A stretch of DNA of 64,000 nt from an uncultured delta proteobacterium (GTDB taxonomy: Bacteria; Myxococcota_A; Polyangia; Fen-1088): positions 704,001 to 768,000 of the forward strand of contig CAWCMR010000008.1 of the NCBI GenBank assembly GCA_963796685.1, read 5' to 3'. Positions within the stretch are counted from its first letter, which is position 1; each line of letters opens with the position of its first letter. The notes beneath the pieces were generated by a model, which worked only from the letters and a program-made list of their open reading frames with translations, searched no databases and had not been told where the DNA came from. Both the position numbers and the translations under genes were made by a program. Shown one piece after another: positions 19,759-31,888 of the stretch.

Positions 19759-21140
19759 CACCAATTGCTCAGATCCACGCGGTCACCTTTGACCCGATCG
19801 ATGTTCCGTCGCGTATCGACGAGAAACTTGACCAGCAAGGCCAGCGCAAAAATCGTAAGGACGATCCCGGTGATCTTCGCGCCAACCGGCGGAACCAGGA
19901 TCTGCCACAGCAAGGTCACGATGAAACAGAGGAACGCGCCGGGCACCAGGTACTTCCAGCACAGGGACATCATTTGATCGACGCGCACGCGGGGCAAAGT
20001 CCAGCGCAACCAGATGAACGTGAACACCAGCGCCCAGGTCTTGACCGCGAACACCAACATGGACAGCGCCTGGAAGACGAACCAAATGGGCGAGGGAACC
20101 AATCCGGTTCCAAGCGCGCTCTTGTACATCTCGTCGGAGATACCGGGAACCTGCCAGCCGCCGAGAAACATGGTCACGGCCAGGCCGCCCATGATCCACA
20201 TATTGGCCCACTCGACCATCAGGAAGATGGCCAGGCGGAAACCCGAGTACTCGGCGTGGTAGCCGGCCACCAGCTCGGATTCGGCCTCGGGCAAATCGAA
20301 GGGCGTGCGGTTGCCTTCGGCCAGCGAGCTGGTCACGGCGATGAAGAAGGCGACGAAGGCGGCCGGGTTGCGGAACACGAACCAATCCCACGGCGCCCCA
20401 CCCTGGGCGCGCACGATGCCTTGCATGGACAGGGTCCCCGCCATCAGCACCGGGACCATGAGCGCGATGCCGGCCGGGATCTCGTACGACAGCACCTGCG
20501 CGGCGCCGCGGATGCCGCCGAAGAGCGCCCACTTGGAATTGGAGGCCCAGCCCGAGACCAGAATACCGACGACCACGAACGCCGTCACGGCGGTGACGTA
20601 GAACGCGCCGACGTTCATGTCGGTGACGACGGTACTCTCGCCGAAGGGCAGGACGACAAAGGGCAGGAGCAATCCGACCATGGAAAAGTACGGGGCCCCG
20701 CGGAAGAGCAGACTGTCGGCCGAGGCCGGAATGGTGTCTTCCTTGAGCACCATCTTCACCGCGTCCGCCACCCAGGCCAGAAAGCCGGCGGCGCCCGTGC
20801 GGTTGGGGCCAATGCGGCTCTGCATGCGACCCGCGATGCGGCGTTCGACCCAGGTCGAGACCCCGCCGAAGACCGCGGTGTAGTTGACCGCGATGAAGGC
20901 GACCAGGAGCAGGAAGACGGCATAGACCAGGTGGCGGTAGGGCGAGCCGGCAAGGTCGAACCCGAACCACTGTCGAGCCATGGCGTTCAGTCGCTCGGGC
21001 GTGTTGAGCGGAAAGATGGCCAGGGCCGCGACGTAGAGGCCAAGCGGCACGCCGAAGGCCATGAAGAGAGTGACCAGGATCGCCAGACGCGGGTAGCGAC
21101 GGGTGAGCGAGGTCGAGTCGAGCCCAAGCGTGATCTTCAC
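19758..21140 (-). CDS. nuoH: NADH-quinone oxidoreductase subunit H
   Basis: [45 protein letters not shown]; N-terminal extension. Confidence 0.95.
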   Translation of the reverse strand: MKITLGLDSTSLTRRYPRLAILVTLFMAFGVPLGLYVAALAIFPLNTPERLNAMARQWFGFDLAGSPYRHLVYAVFLLLVAFIAVNYTAVFGGVSTWVERRIAGRMQSRIGPNRTGAAGFLAWVADAVKMVLKEDTIPASADSLLFRGAPYFSMVGLLLPFVVLPFGESTVVTDMNVGAFYVTAVTAFVVVGILVSGWASNSKWALFGGIRGAAQVLSYEIPAGIALMVPVLMAGTLSMQGIVRAQGGAPWDWFVFRNPAAFVAFFIAVTSSLAEGNRTPFDLPEAESELVAGYHAEYSGFRLAIFLMVEWANMWIMGGLAVTMFLGGWQVPGISDEMYKSALGTGLVPSPIWFVFQALSMLVFAVKTWALVFTFIWLRWTLPRVRVDQMMSLCWKYLVPGAFLCFIVTLLWQILVPPVGAKITGIVLTIFALALLVKFLVDTRRNIDRVKGDRVDLSNW

Positions 21141-22294
21141 CGGTCAACCTCCGGAGCCACGACGTCGAGCGAGGCGATGATGGCGATGAGGTCGGCCACC
21201 ATGATCCCGTGCGAAAGCTCCTCGATGATTCCCATGGCCATGAAGCTGCCGGTGCGAACGCGCAGGCGGTAGGCCTTCTCCGAACCGTCGGAAACGGCGT
21301 AGTAGAGCATCTCGCCGCGCGCCGATTCCACGCGGCCCACGGCCTCGCCGGGTTCGGGTTTCAGCTTGCGCGCTACCTTGGCCTGGATGTCGCCCTCGGG
21401 CAGCTTGGCCAGGGCCTGGCGGACGATCTTCGAGGACTCGACCATCTCCCGCACGCGCACGAAGAAGCGATCCCAGCAGTCGCCCACGGTGCCGAAGCGA
21501 CCGGTACCCACGGGAATGTCGAAGTCGAAGTCCGGGTAGGCGCCATAGGGCATGTCGCGGCGGATGTCCCACTTGACGCCCGAGCCGCGCAGGTTGGGGC
21601 CGGCCAGGCCGTAGTCGATGGCCTTGTCGCGCGTGATGATGCCGACATTGGCCAGACGCTGGACGAAGATCTTGTTGAAGGTGATCAGGCGATCCCATTC
21701 CTGGATGTAGCTGTCCAGGTGATCGAGGAAGCGCAACACCTTGGCCGCCCAACCCTCGGGCAGATCGAAAGCCACGCCGCCGATGCGGTGGAAATTGAAG
21801 GTCAGGCGCGCGCCGCACAGCTCTTCCAGCAAGTCGTTGATCGACTCGCGCTCGCGCAAGGCGTGGGTCAGCGGCGTGGCCGCGCCGATGTCCTGGGCCA
21901 TGGTGCCGACCGAGATGAAGTGGTTGGAAATGCGGCACAGCTCGCCCGCGATGGCGCGGATGTACTGCGCGCGCGGCGGCGCCTCGACGCCGAGCAAGTG
22001 CTCGATGGCCAGGGCGTAGCCTTCGTTGGCGAACATGGCGGCCAGGTAATCGATGCGATCGGTGAACGGCATGTACCCGGGGTAGGGCACCATTTCGCCG
22101 ATCTTTTCCAGGCCGCGGTGCAAATAGCCGATGTCCGGCACCGAGCGGCGAATGACCTCGCCGTTGGTCTGCGTGACGAAGTTGATGACCCCGTGGGTGG
22201 ACGGGTGCTGGGGACCGAAGTTGACGACGATCTCCTCGTCGCTGCTGTCGGTGCGGCGAAGGATGTGCCGGTCGAGCTCCATGTCGATGGCCAC
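21137..22294 (-). CDS. nuoD: NADH-quinone oxidoreductase subunit D
   Basis: [26 protein letters not shown], ends EVDR; no NiFe Cys motifs. Confidence 0.95.
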   Translation of the reverse strand: MAIDMELDRHILRRTDSSDEEIVVNFGPQHPSTHGVINFVTQTNGEVIRRSVPDIGYLHRGLEKIGEMVPYPGYMPFTDRIDYLAAMFANEGYALAIEHLLGVEAPPRAQYIRAIAGELCRISNHFISVGTMAQDIGAATPLTHALRERESINDLLEELCGARLTFNFHRIGGVAFDLPEGWAAKVLRFLDHLDSYIQEWDRLITFNKIFVQRLANVGIITRDKAIDYGLAGPNLRGSGVKWDIRRDMPYGAYPDFDFDIPVGTGRFGTVGDCWDRFFVRVREMVESSKIVRQALAKLPEGDIQAKVARKLKPEPGEAVGRVESARGEMLYYAVSDGSEKAYRLRVRTGSFMAMGIIEELSHGIMVADLIAIIASLDVVAPEVDR

Positions 22295-22296
22295 GG

Positions 22297-22932
22297 TCAG
22301 CTCTTCCCTTCCGGATCCACCGCCGCTGGCCCCGTGGCCGTGGCCGTGGTCGTGGCCGTGGCCGCTCCCGTCACAGCAGCAGCCGCCGCTGCCGCTGCCG
22401 CAATCGCCTTGCGCTTCTCGTCCGTCACCTTCGAAAGCTGCACCAACGGATCCTGCCGCGCGTTGCCGATGCCGTGGTAGCCGCCGGCCTCTTGGTAATC
22501 CTTGCGCAGCGGATGGCCGACCCAATCGTCGGGCAACAAGATGCGGCGCAGGTCCGAGTGCCCCTCGAAATTCACACCAAACAGGTCGTAAATCTCGCGT
22601 TCCAGCCAGGTCGCGGCCTTCCACACGCCTTCGACCGTGGCGATGCTGGGCTTTTCACGATCCGTCTCGACCTTCACCACCAGCCCGTGCCGATGCACCA
22701 GGGAATAGAGGTGGTAGACGACCTCGATGACCTTGCGTGCCGGCCAGTCGATCGCGGTGATGTCCTGGCAGTAGTCGAACGTAAGCCCCGTCGTGGTCTT
22801 GAGGAAGCGGCAGACGTCGACGATCTTCTCGCCCTTCACCACCACGAAGCGGTCGCCGTTGGTTTCCGACAAGCTTCCCACGGCATCGCCGAACTGCGCC
22901 TGGAGCTGGGTGCAAACTTCTTCCTGGGTCAT
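22297..22932 (-). CDS. nuoC: NADH-quinone oxidoreductase subunit C
   Basis: [38 protein letters not shown]; Ala/Thr-rich tail. Confidence 0.95.
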   Translation of the reverse strand: MTQEEVCTQLQAQFGDAVGSLSETNGDRFVVVKGEKIVDVCRFLKTTTGLTFDYCQDITAIDWPARKVIEVVYHLYSLVHRHGLVVKVETDREKPSIATVEGVWKAATWLEREIYDLFGVNFEGHSDLRRILLPDDWVGHPLRKDYQEAGGYHGIGNARQDPLVQLSKVTDEKRKAIAAAAAAAAAVTGAATATTTATATGPAAVDPEGKS

Positions 22933-22934
22933 GA

Positions 22935-23492
22935 TCACTTGGCCCTGGGCGAGGGAACCATCATGGGCGCGCCGGGATCGACGCGCCCAGGCCGCATCTT
23001 GGTCTTCCAACGCTCGCACATCATGATGTCCTGGATGCGCAAAAGCCCCTCGGTCAGCGCCTCGGGCCGCGGCGGGCAGCCGGGCACGTAGACGTCGACG
23101 GGGATGATCTTGTCCACGCCCTTGCACACCGAATACGAGGTTTGGAAGAGCCCGCCACAGTTCGCGCACGAGCCCATGGACAGCACGTACTTGGGCTCGG
23201 CCATCTGGTCGTAGAGCAGCTTGGTTCGCACCGCCATCTTGTAGGTCAGGGTGCCGGCCACGATCATCAGATCCGCCTGGCGCGGGCTGGCGCGGAAGAT
23301 GGCGGCAAAGCGGTCGAGGTCGGCGCGCGGGCCACCGGTCTGCATCAGCTCGATACCGCAGCAGGCAAGCCCGAACAGCAGGTAGTGGATCGAATTCTTG
23401 CGCGCCAGATTGATGGCATCGTCGATCAGGCTGGTGTTGGTGAACAAAACGCCGGTGCCGGGTTCGACCTGCTGGTAGTCGTGTGCAGTCAT
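22935..23492 (-). CDS. nuoB: NADH-quinone oxidoreductase subunit B
   Basis: [27 protein letters not shown]. Confidence 0.95.
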   Translation of the reverse strand: MTAHDYQQVEPGTGVLFTNTSLIDDAINLARKNSIHYLLFGLACCGIELMQTGGPRADLDRFAAIFRASPRQADLMIVAGTLTYKMAVRTKLLYDQMAEPKYVLSMGSCANCGGLFQTSYSVCKGVDKIIPVDVYVPGCPPRPEALTEGLLRIQDIMMCERWKTKMRPGRVDPGAPMMVPSPRAK

Positions 23493-23501
23493 CGGCGACT
23501 C

Positions 23502-23951
23502 TCAGGCTGAAAGCGACAGCTTGTCGTCGTTGGTCTCGTCGTTTCTCTCATGGGCGGTCCGCGACTTTTGTGACAGGTTCTTGATCCATTCCAGATCCCC
23601 GTGCGCCCACGCCCAGGCCAACCCGACCAGCAGCACGACGGTGAAGAGCATCAGCTCGACAAAGGCGACCCAGGCGGTCCCTTTTCTAATCCATGAAGCG
23701 TAGACCACGACCACGGGAAAGGTCAGCGCAATGTCGACCTCGAAGATGATGAAGACCAGGGCGATGAGATAAAAGCGCGGGTTGAAGTTGTACCAAGCGG
23801 AACCGATGGGCCGTTCGCCACACTCGTAGATGGAAAGCTTGTCGTCGTTCGGGAACCTGGGACGGAACAGGCGTCCGACGAGCAGCATGACCAAGGCGAA
23901 GAGGATCGCCACGACCGCGAAAGCGAGCACTGCGCCGAATTGGTAACCCAT
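23502..23951 (-). CDS. nuoA: NADH-quinone oxidoreductase subunit A
   Basis: YECGERP, FYLIALVFIIFEVD, GDLEW. Confidence 0.95.
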   Translation of the reverse strand: MGYQFGAVLAFAVVAILFALVMLLVGRLFRPRFPNDDKLSIYECGERPIGSAWYNFNPRFYLIALVFIIFEVDIALTFPVVVVYASWIRKGTAWVAFVELMLFTVVLLVGLAWAWAHGDLEWIKNLSQKSRTAHERNDETNDDKLSLSA

Positions 23952-24125
23952 GGACACCTTCCGTCCGTGGCCCACCTGGGCCCTCGGGACGCCCTTATCT
24001 AGACGCTAGGGCCAAGAAGGTCAAGTGTCCTGGGGAAGCAGTCCGAGTCCATCGAAAAACAGGAGCGGCCCCAGAGCACTTTCGATAACGCGACGAAAAA
24101 TCCTACACGCGGTATTCTACCCGTC

Positions 24126-25328
24126 ATGAGCGAACCCGACCGCACCGGCACCTCCGAGACACCGGTGTCCCCGAGCGCCGAACGCGACACGCCCAAGACG
24201 CGATTCGGCAACGAAGCCATCGCGCCCTACTTCTTCGTCGTCCTCTTCGTCCTGGCGCTCTTCGCGGTGGGGTACGTGCTTTTGCCCTTCTTCGGCGACA
24301 TCGTCATCGCCTTTCTGTTCGTCATTCTGTTGACGCCGACGCACGCTCGACTCGCCCATCTGCTCGGCAAGAGGCAGGTGCTGGCTTCAGGGCTGATGGT
24401 CGTGGCGCTGGTGGTGGTGAGCTCCGTGCCAATCTTCTTGATTGCCTCGGCCCTGCTCCGCGACATCAGCGAAGCGGCGGTGACCTGGGGCAGCGCCGGC
24501 CGTTCGCTGGCCTTGCGGGCGATCGCAGGCCGTAACGGCGTCATCATGAGCGGCATTTCGAACATCACCGGCCGCTTGGGAATCACCTTGGCCCCCGAAT
24601 GGGTCGAGCGCGCCCTGCTCGACACCGGTCGCAGCCTGACCCAGTACCTGGCCACGCGCGCGAACGCATTCCTGTCGAGCTTGCTCTCGACGACCCTTCA
24701 CATCGTCATCACCCTGTTCTCGATCTTCTATCTCTTCATCCACGGCGACAAGCTGCGCACCTTCATCTACAGGTTGTCGCCGCTCGCCCACGATGAAGAC
24801 CAGATCTTCATCAACAAGCTGGGCGAAGTCGGCCGCGCCATTCTGGTCGGCAGCGGAACCAGCAGCCTGCTGCAAGGGCTGGTCGCCGGTATCGCCTGGG
24901 TGGTGGTCGGGCTGCCCTCGCCGGTGCTTTGGGGGATTCTCATGGCCATCGCGGCGTTCTTGCCGCTGGTCGGAATCGCCGCGGTCGTTCTTCCCGCCAC
25001 GATCTACCTATGGATCGAGGGGCGTCCCCTCGCCGCGGTGCTCTTCCTCGTCTTCTGCATGGGACAATCCTTCTTCTTCGAATACGGCCTCAAGCCGCGC
25101 CTGATGGGCTCCTCGATGCGTATGAACAGCCTGCTTGTATTCCTCAGCCTGCTGGGCGGCATCATCGGATTCGGGATGCCGGGCATCATCTACGGACCGC
25201 TCATCATGACGCTCTTCCTGACCCTCGTGCAGCTCTACCAAACGCGCTATCAGCAGCACATCGCAAGGCGACTCTCGGTACCCCTCACGAGCGGCCAAGA
25301 CAAGCCCAGAGCCGACCCTACGCGATGA
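24126..25328 (+). CDS. AI-2E family transporter
   Basis: Multi-TM; FLPLVG and LSLLGGIIGFGMPGIIYGPLI motifs. Confidence 0.9.
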   Translation: MSEPDRTGTSETPVSPSAERDTPKTRFGNEAIAPYFFVVLFVLALFAVGYVLLPFFGDIVIAFLFVILLTPTHARLAHLLGKRQVLASGLMVVALVVVSSVPIFLIASALLRDISEAAVTWGSAGRSLALRAIAGRNGVIMSGISNITGRLGITLAPEWVERALLDTGRSLTQYLATRANAFLSSLLSTTLHIVITLFSIFYLFIHGDKLRTFIYRLSPLAHDEDQIFINKLGEVGRAILVGSGTSSLLQGLVAGIAWVVVGLPSPVLWGILMAIAAFLPLVGIAAVVLPATIYLWIEGRPLAAVLFLVFCMGQSFFFEYGLKPRLMGSSMRMNSLLVFLSLLGGIIGFGMPGIIYGPLIMTLFLTLVQLYQTRYQQHIARRLSVPLTSGQDKPRADPTR

Positions 25329-25366
25329 ACGTGCGGCGATGATACAATGCCTCGAAAGGTCTTCCC

Positions 25367-28300
25367 GTGGCATCCCTCAAGGTCATTTGCCCTAAGTGCT
25401 TCAAGGGACAGCAAGTCGTCGTCGAGATCCCACCAGGCGGTATCGACCACGTTTGCTCGTTTTGCAAGACTGCCTTCCGAATAAGACCGCCCGCGCGTCC
25501 TTCCTCGGACGATCTGCCCGTGGCGCGCGAGGCGGTCCCGAGGCCCGGCGATCTGCCGGCGCCACGCGAGGCCGTTCCCAAGCCCAGCGATCTGCCAGCC
25601 GCCCGAGAAGCGGTTCCTCGTCCCGGCGATCTGCCAGCGTCCCGGGAAGCGGTTCCCCGCCCGTCCGACCTGCCCATGGACCGCGATGCGGTTCCCCGCC
25701 CGTCCGACCTGCCCATGGACCGCGATGCGGTTCCCCGCCCGTCCGACCTGCCCATGGACCGCGATGCGGTTCCCCGCCCGTCCGACCTGCCCATGGACCG
25801 CGATGCGGCTCCCCGTCCCGGCGACTTGCCCACGGACCGCGATACGGCTCCCCGTCCCGGCGACCTGCCCACGGACCGCGATACGGCTCCCCGTCCCGGC
25901 GACCTGCCCACGGACCGCGATACGGCTCCCCGTCCCGGCGACTTGCTGCTCGACCGCGACGTCGTTCCTCGCCCGGGCGACTTGCCGACAGACAGGGCGC
26001 CTGGTCTCCAACGACCGGGAGCCTCGGCTGAGCGCTCGCCAAGCAAGACGCCTCCACTCGGCCTGGCCTTGGAGCTGTCATTCTCGCAAGCGCAGGATCC
26101 GCCAAGCGGGAGCGAGCCGCTCAAGCTCGGGGATCCCTTCGCCGATTCCATCGACCTGGGACTGCCGCCACCGCCCGAGCCTCCGCTGAAGAGAGCCTCG
26201 ACCAGCGCACGCCCGCCGGTCCAAGATGCAAGGCCGGAAGCGACGAAGCCGCCGCCACAACACAAGGTGCCGCCACCGCCACCGCGGGCTGGCGCCTCGA
26301 CGACGCCGCCGCCCGTCCCGCGCTCGGGGACCAGGCCCATCAATCCGCCGTCAGGGGCAAAGGCATCACCGGCATCCAGGCCAAGTCTGTCGCCCTTGGT
26401 ACCCACCCCGCCCGAGCCTGCGCTGCTATTCGATCAGGTCGATCCGGTGCCTGTGAATGTGCGTCCGGCTCGGCCGGCGAACCCGGGCAAGGCCGGCGGA
26501 GGCGAAAACCTGGACTTGGGCTTCAGCCTGGAGCTCGAAGGCGATTCTCGCTCCTCGTCGAGCGCCGGGCCCGCCGCCATACCGTTCCCGAACGCGCGTG
26601 TAGCCAGCGAGGGACTCGCCGAGGCCGCTGCGGCCAATGAGGACGAAATCCCGGCCCTGGCACCTCCCTCCAATCGCGGCACCTCGGCGGCACGGGCATT
26701 GCGCCCGGTGGCCAAGAAAAGCGGACTTCCGCGCTGGGCATACTTCGCCGCCGGCGGCACGGTCTTGGCGCTCGTCGGCGTGTTTGTCGGACTGCCCCTG
26801 CTTCACTCTGCGCCCAGTCCGGACTCGGTGATGAAACCGTTCTTGCCGGAGCTCGCGAAGGACAGCCTCGTCGCCTATCAAAGCGCGGCCGATCAGCTAA
26901 GCAAGACCGCCACCAAGTTCAAGGACAAGGGCGCGGATTTGCGCCTCAGAGCAGCCGAGCTGATTCTCACCGCCTTCGCGGCGCACGGCGGAGAGCCGGC
27001 CGATGTGACCCGAGCCGAGCAGCTCATGGAAGGCGAGAGCCACCAGAGCAAGCTGGCCCCCGCCCTTGGCCGTGCGCAAGCCTTGCTGGCCATCGCCAAG
27101 GGCAAGCCGCACGATGCCGAAAGCCTGCTCACCGACCGATCGACGGCGGAGAGCAACCTGATCTTGGGTCTGGCCCGCCTCGCCGACGACAAAGTGGGCC
27201 CGGCGACCGATGCGCTCCGTCGCTACGTCGCCGCCAAGCCGGCTGAAGCGCTTGGGCACTACTTGTTGGCCCGTGCCTTCACGGCCTCATCCAACCCGGA
27301 TGCGCGCAAGGAGCTGCAAGCGGTCTTGGCCAAGAATCCCGCCCACCTGGGCGCCAAGATCGGCATGGTTCGTTTCGAGGAGGACCTGGAGAAACGCCTG
27401 GCAGCCGCGCGCAGCCTGGCCGACAAGAAGGCGCCAGGGGCGGGTCCGGCCGAGCTCGCCGAGTTGCAGACTGCTCATCGGACAAACGGCGCAGACGCTG
27501 GGACGAACCCCCGAGGCCATCGATGCCTTCCAGCGCGCCATCTCCAGCGACAAACATCTCGTGGCAGCCTACATCGCTCTTGGCGAGTCCATGCTTTTCG
27601 AGGGGAAGTACCCGCAAGCCTTGGAACGGCTCAAGGCGGCGGGCCCGAGGCTGGAATCGACCCCGGCAGGCAAGTTCGCCATGGGTGGCGCCTTGATCGC
27701 CACCGGCAATGCCACGGAAGGGCTTGCGCTCATCGCTGCCGCCTCCAAGGAGCGCGCCGACGATCCGCGCGGTCCCTTCTGGACGGGGTTCGCCGCGGCC
27801 GCGAAACAGCCCCCCGATCTGCCAGCCGCCGAAATGGGTTATCGGGACGCCATCAAACGGGACCCGAAGTTCCTGCCCGCATCGCTCAAGCTGGCGGCGC
27901 TCCTACAGCAGCAGAACAAGGTCGAGGACTCGATGACCGTGCTGCGAACGGCGGAAGAGGCCGGCGCACCGCCCGCGGTGTTGCAGCTGGCCTGGGGCGA
28001 GGCCTTGATTGTGGCCAAGCAGCCGGACAAGGCCGAAGAGATTTTCCAGAAGGTGCTGGAAAGCGACCCGAAGTCCATGTCCGCCCGCCTGGGCGTGGCG
28101 GCTGCCCTCGAGGCGCAGGGCAAGCTCGCCGAGGCGAAGGCATCGCTGGAAAGCAGCCTCAAAGCTTCGCCGCAAACCCTGGGTCTGCGCGAGCGTCTGG
28201 CCCAGGTCTGCGTGAAGATGGGGGAGAAGAACGAGGCCCTGACACGCTACCAGGAGGAAATCCAGGCCGGCCACGCGACGCCGGCATTGGGCCTGGATGT

Positions 28301-29051
28301 GGCGAGGCTGGCTCTCGATTTGGGCAAGATCGAGCTCGTGCAGAGCGAAGCCAAAAAGGTCCTGGACGAATCTCCGCGCAATGCGGAGGCCGCCTACCTC
28401 ATGGCGCGCGTGCACGAGTCGCGCAATGAGTTCGGCGCAGCCGTGCAGGAATACCGCCATGCCACCACCTGGGGCAACACCCCGCAGTTCGCCCTGGCCT
28501 TCGGGCAACTCTTGGACAAGCTCGGCAAGCAGCCCGAAGCGCTTCAGTCCTACGCGAACGCGCTGTCGCTGCCGGAGACGCGCATGGCGCGAGGTCGCAT
28601 CTACTACCGCAGTGGCGACGTGGAAAGCGCCCTGGCCGATTTCCAGTCCGCGTCCAAGATGACCCCCGACGACATCGAACCCCTCATCTTGCAAGGCTGG
28701 TGCTACGACAAGATGGGGAACGCGTCCAAGGCCGAGGAAGCCTGGCGAGCAGCGTTGCGCGTCGATCCGGAAGCTCCCGAGCCACACTACCGCTTGGGCC
28801 GCATGGACATGGATCGCGCCAAGCCCACATCTGCCATCGAACACTTTCGCAAGGCTGCGGCCAAGGCGCCCGAAAAGATCGAGTGGCGCGCCGATCTGTA
28901 TTTCGGGCTTGCCCAGGCAGAGCTGCTGACCGGAGCCAAGGCGCTCGCCCTGGGAGATTTCAAGAAATACCTCGCCATTGCCCCGCCCGATGCACCGGCT
29001 CGTCCCGAGGCAACGCAAGAAGTGGCGCGCCTCGGCGGCGGCAAGAAGTAG
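25367..29051 (+). CDS. Zinc-ribbon / Pro-rich repeat / TM / TPR protein, split by a one-base frameshift near 27470
   Basis: CPKC...CSFC N-terminus, DLP repeats, TM, then TPRs continuing in the 27210..29051 frame; an extra A in TTGCAG-A-CTGCTC joins the frames. Confidence 0.8.
25511..25996 (+). repeat. 39-bp coding tandem repeat (12 full units plus a partial)
   Basis: 13-aa unit DLP(M/T/A)xR(D/E)(A/T)(V/A)PRP(S/G). Confidence 0.95.
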
Positions 29052-29151
29052 CTCTCGATCGTCGAACCGAAGGCGGGCTCCGTGCTGCGTGGACAGCCCC
29101 GCGCTGTCGGCCTCGGGCACACGGCGCTGCGGGTGCTATATAGGAAACGCG

Positions 29152-30492
29152 ATGCCCACGGTTTACGTCGAAACCTATGGCTGCCAGATGAATGTGGCCG
29201 ACACCGACATGGTCCTCGGCCTATTGGCCCAGGCCGGTTACGCGCGCACCGACGATCCGGCCGGCGCCGATGTAATCCTCATCAACACCTGCGCGGTGCG
29301 AGAGCGCGCGGTGGAGCGCGTGCGCGGCCGCGCCAGTGCCCTGGCCCAGTACAAAGTCGCCGCCGACAAGCGCGTGGTCCTGGGCATCACGGGTTGCGTG
29401 GCCGAGCACCTGCGAGGCGACCTGCGCGAGCAGGCGCCGTACGTGGATCTGGTGATCGGTCCCGACAGCTACCGCCGGCTGCCGGAGCACATCGAACGGG
29501 CGCGCCAGGGCGAAGCGGTGCAGGACACGGCGCTCGATCCGCACGAGACCTACCAAGGGCTCGACCCGTCCCGCACCATGACAGGCTCGGTGGTCGGTCA
29601 CGTCGCCATCCAGCGCGGCTGCGACCGTTTTTGCACGTTCTGTGTCGTGCCCTTCACGCGCGGACGCGAGCACGCCTCCTCCCCCGAGGAGGTGGTCCGC
29701 CAAGTGCGCGCCATGGCCGAGGGCGGCTTCCGCGAGGTACAGCTGCTTGGGCAGACCGTGAGCTCGTATCGATTTTCCGAGGGCGGGCGCGAGATCGGAT
29801 TCGCCGATCTCTTGCGCCAGGTGGCGGCGGTGGATGGCATCGAGCGCATTCGCTTCGTGTCGCCCTACCCGCTTGGCTTCACCACCGAGGTCATCGCAGC
29901 CATGGCCGAGCTGCCCAAGGTGTGCAAGCACGTGCACCTACCCCTGCAGTCGGCCTCGGACTCGGTGCTGGAGCGCATGCGCCGCGGCTACGATTTTGCA
30001 ACCTACGTGGGGCTGGTGCGGGCCCTGCGCGAGGCCATGCCCAGCATCGCCATCACCACCGATTTTCTGGTCGGCTTCTGCGGCGAGAGCGAGGCGGAGT
30101 TCGAGGAAACCTGCCGCGCGGTCGTCGAGCTGCGCTTCGACAATGCCTTCATGTTCGCCTATTCGGAACGCAAGGGAACGCTGGCCGCGCGCAAGCTGCC
30201 CGACGACGTGCCGCCCGAGGTAAAGCAACGGCGCCTGGCCCATGTGATCGAGGTGCAACGCGCGATCACCGCTGAAATCTATGCCGCCCAGGTGGGCCGA
30301 CGCGAGCGCGTGCTGTGCGAATCGCCGTCGCGCCGATCGCCGGACGAGCTGCTCGGCCGCACGGACAACTTCCGTCCGGTCATCGTGAGCGCGGGCGCGG
30401 CCGTGGGCGAGCTTGTCGACGTGGTCATCGATCGCGCCGGGCCTGGCACGCTGTACGGATGCCCACTTGGCGAGGGAGCTGCCCATGGCTGA
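29152..30492 (+). CDS. miaB: tRNA-2-methylthio-N6-dimethylallyladenosine synthase
   Basis: TYGCQMN, NTCAVRE, GCDRFCTFCVVP, HLPLQSASD, C-terminal TRAM domain. Confidence 0.95.
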   Translation: MPTVYVETYGCQMNVADTDMVLGLLAQAGYARTDDPAGADVILINTCAVRERAVERVRGRASALAQYKVAADKRVVLGITGCVAEHLRGDLREQAPYVDLVIGPDSYRRLPEHIERARQGEAVQDTALDPHETYQGLDPSRTMTGSVVGHVAIQRGCDRFCTFCVVPFTRGREHASSPEEVVRQVRAMAEGGFREVQLLGQTVSSYRFSEGGREIGFADLLRQVAAVDGIERIRFVSPYPLGFTTEVIAAMAELPKVCKHVHLPLQSASDSVLERMRRGYDFATYVGLVRALREAMPSIAITTDFLVGFCGESEAEFEETCRAVVELRFDNAFMFAYSERKGTLAARKLPDDVPPEVKQRRLAHVIEVQRAITAEIYAAQVGRRERVLCESPSRRSPDELLGRTDNFRPVIVSAGAAVGELVDVVIDRAGPGTLYGCPLGEGAAHG

Positions 30493-31006
30493 CGGCAAGC
30501 GCGTCGCGGTCAGCTTCGTGTGCATGGGCAACATCTGCCGCTCTCCCACGGCCGAGGCGGTCATGCGCCACCTGGTGCGCGAGGCGGGTTTGCAGGACGC
30601 CATCGCCATCGACAGCGCGGGAACCGGTGCTTGGCACGTGGGTGAAGAGCGCGACCGGCGCAGCCGGACGGTGGCCAAGCAACGGGGTATGCCCATCACG
30701 GGACTGGCGCGCCAGTTCGTCCGCGGTGACTTCGATTGCTTCGATCTCGTGCTGGCGCTCGACGAGGAAAACGCCCGCGAGCTGCGGCGGCTTGCCCCGA
30801 CCGACGAAGCGCGCGCCAGAATCCATCTGTTGCGCGAGTTCGACAGGGACGCCGCACCGGGCGCGGAGGTTCCCGACCCGTACTATGGTGGCCCCGAGGG
30901 ATTCGAGAGGGTTTTCGACATCTGCCTTTCGGCTTGTCGCGGGCTTCTCGCTCATCTGCAAACGACCTACCGACTTCCAAGCAAGACACCTCGACTCGCG
31001 CCGTGA
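30485..31006 (+). CDS. Low-molecular-weight protein-tyrosine phosphatase
   Basis: VCMGNICRS P-loop, DSAGT, DPYYGG. Confidence 0.93.
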   Translation: MADGKRVAVSFVCMGNICRSPTAEAVMRHLVREAGLQDAIAIDSAGTGAWHVGEERDRRSRTVAKQRGMPITGLARQFVRGDFDCFDLVLALDEENARELRRLAPTDEARARIHLLREFDRDAAPGAEVPDPYYGGPEGFERVFDICLSACRGLLAHLQTTYRLPSKTPRLAP

Positions 31007-31854
31007 CTTCCGACCCGGTCATCTTCGCAGTCGAAGCGGCGCTGGGTAGCGCGGTCAGGACCTGGAGCGGGGTTTCCGGAGGTGATATCAACGAGGCCCA
31101 CGAGGTGCAGCTCGCCGATGGACGCCGGGTGTTCGTCAAGAGCAACCGCGATGCGCCCGCCAGGATGTTCGAGGCCGAGGCCCGCGGGCTCGATTGGCTC
31201 GGACAGGCCGGCGCGTTGCGCGTACCCGAGGTGATCGCGCGAGGGCCGAGCTTTCTCGCCCTCGAGCACCTTCGACCCGGGCGGCGCAGGCCTGACTTCG
31301 ACGAACGGCTCGGCCGGGGTCTGGCCGCGCTTCATCGCGCATCCGCGCCAAGCTTCGGCCTCGATCATGACAACTTCATCGGGCGGTTGCCCCAAGCCAA
31401 CCAGCCGCTGCCGACCTGGCCCGAGCTCTACCGCGAGCGCCGTCTGCTGCCCCAGCTACGCCTGGCCACCGATGGGCGCCGGGCCAGCCCGACCATGCGA
31501 CGCGAATTCGCCCGACTGCTGCCGCGCCTGGAAGACCTCGTCGGACCGCCCGAGCCGCCCGCCCGACTGCACGGCGATCTATGGGGTGGCAACGTCATGG
31601 TGGACGAACAAGGCATGCCTTGTCTGATCGATCCGGCCGTGTACGGCGGCCATCGCGAGGTGGATTTGGCCATGATGCAGCTGTTCGGCGGCTTCGGGCC
31701 TCGGGTTTTTTCGGCCTACCATGAGGCCTTCCCGCTGGCGCCCGGCCACGAGAAGCGGGTATCGCTGTACCAGCTCTATTTTCTGATGGTGCACGTGAAT
31801 TTGTTCGGCGGCGCCTACGTTGCTTCGGTCGAGCAGGCCCTGGCTGGGGTATGA
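31003..31854 (+). CDS. Fructosamine kinase family protein
   Basis: GGDINEA, VFVK, LHGDLWGGN, IDPAVYGGHREVDLAM. Confidence 0.92.
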   Translation: MTSDPVIFAVEAALGSAVRTWSGVSGGDINEAHEVQLADGRRVFVKSNRDAPARMFEAEARGLDWLGQAGALRVPEVIARGPSFLALEHLRPGRRRPDFDERLGRGLAALHRASAPSFGLDHDNFIGRLPQANQPLPTWPELYRERRLLPQLRLATDGRRASPTMRREFARLLPRLEDLVGPPEPPARLHGDLWGGNVMVDEQGMPCLIDPAVYGGHREVDLAMMQLFGGFGPRVFSAYHEAFPLAPGHEKRVSLYQLYFLMVHVNLFGGAYVASVEQALAGV

Positions 31855-31888
31855 TCCTGGCCCCCGACCTCGCCCCGCCCCGGAACGA

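Noticed and set aside
21137-22294. Group 4 NiFe hydrogenase large subunit
   Set aside because: No CxxC nickel ligands; carries NuoD quinone-site motifs
25511-25996. Possible CRISPR array
   Set aside because: Units are contiguous, in frame (39 bp) and have no unique spacers; no cas genes nearby
27460-27480. Programmed ribosomal frameshift in the TPR gene
   Set aside because: No slippery heptamer; one of several scattered indels better explained by sequencing error
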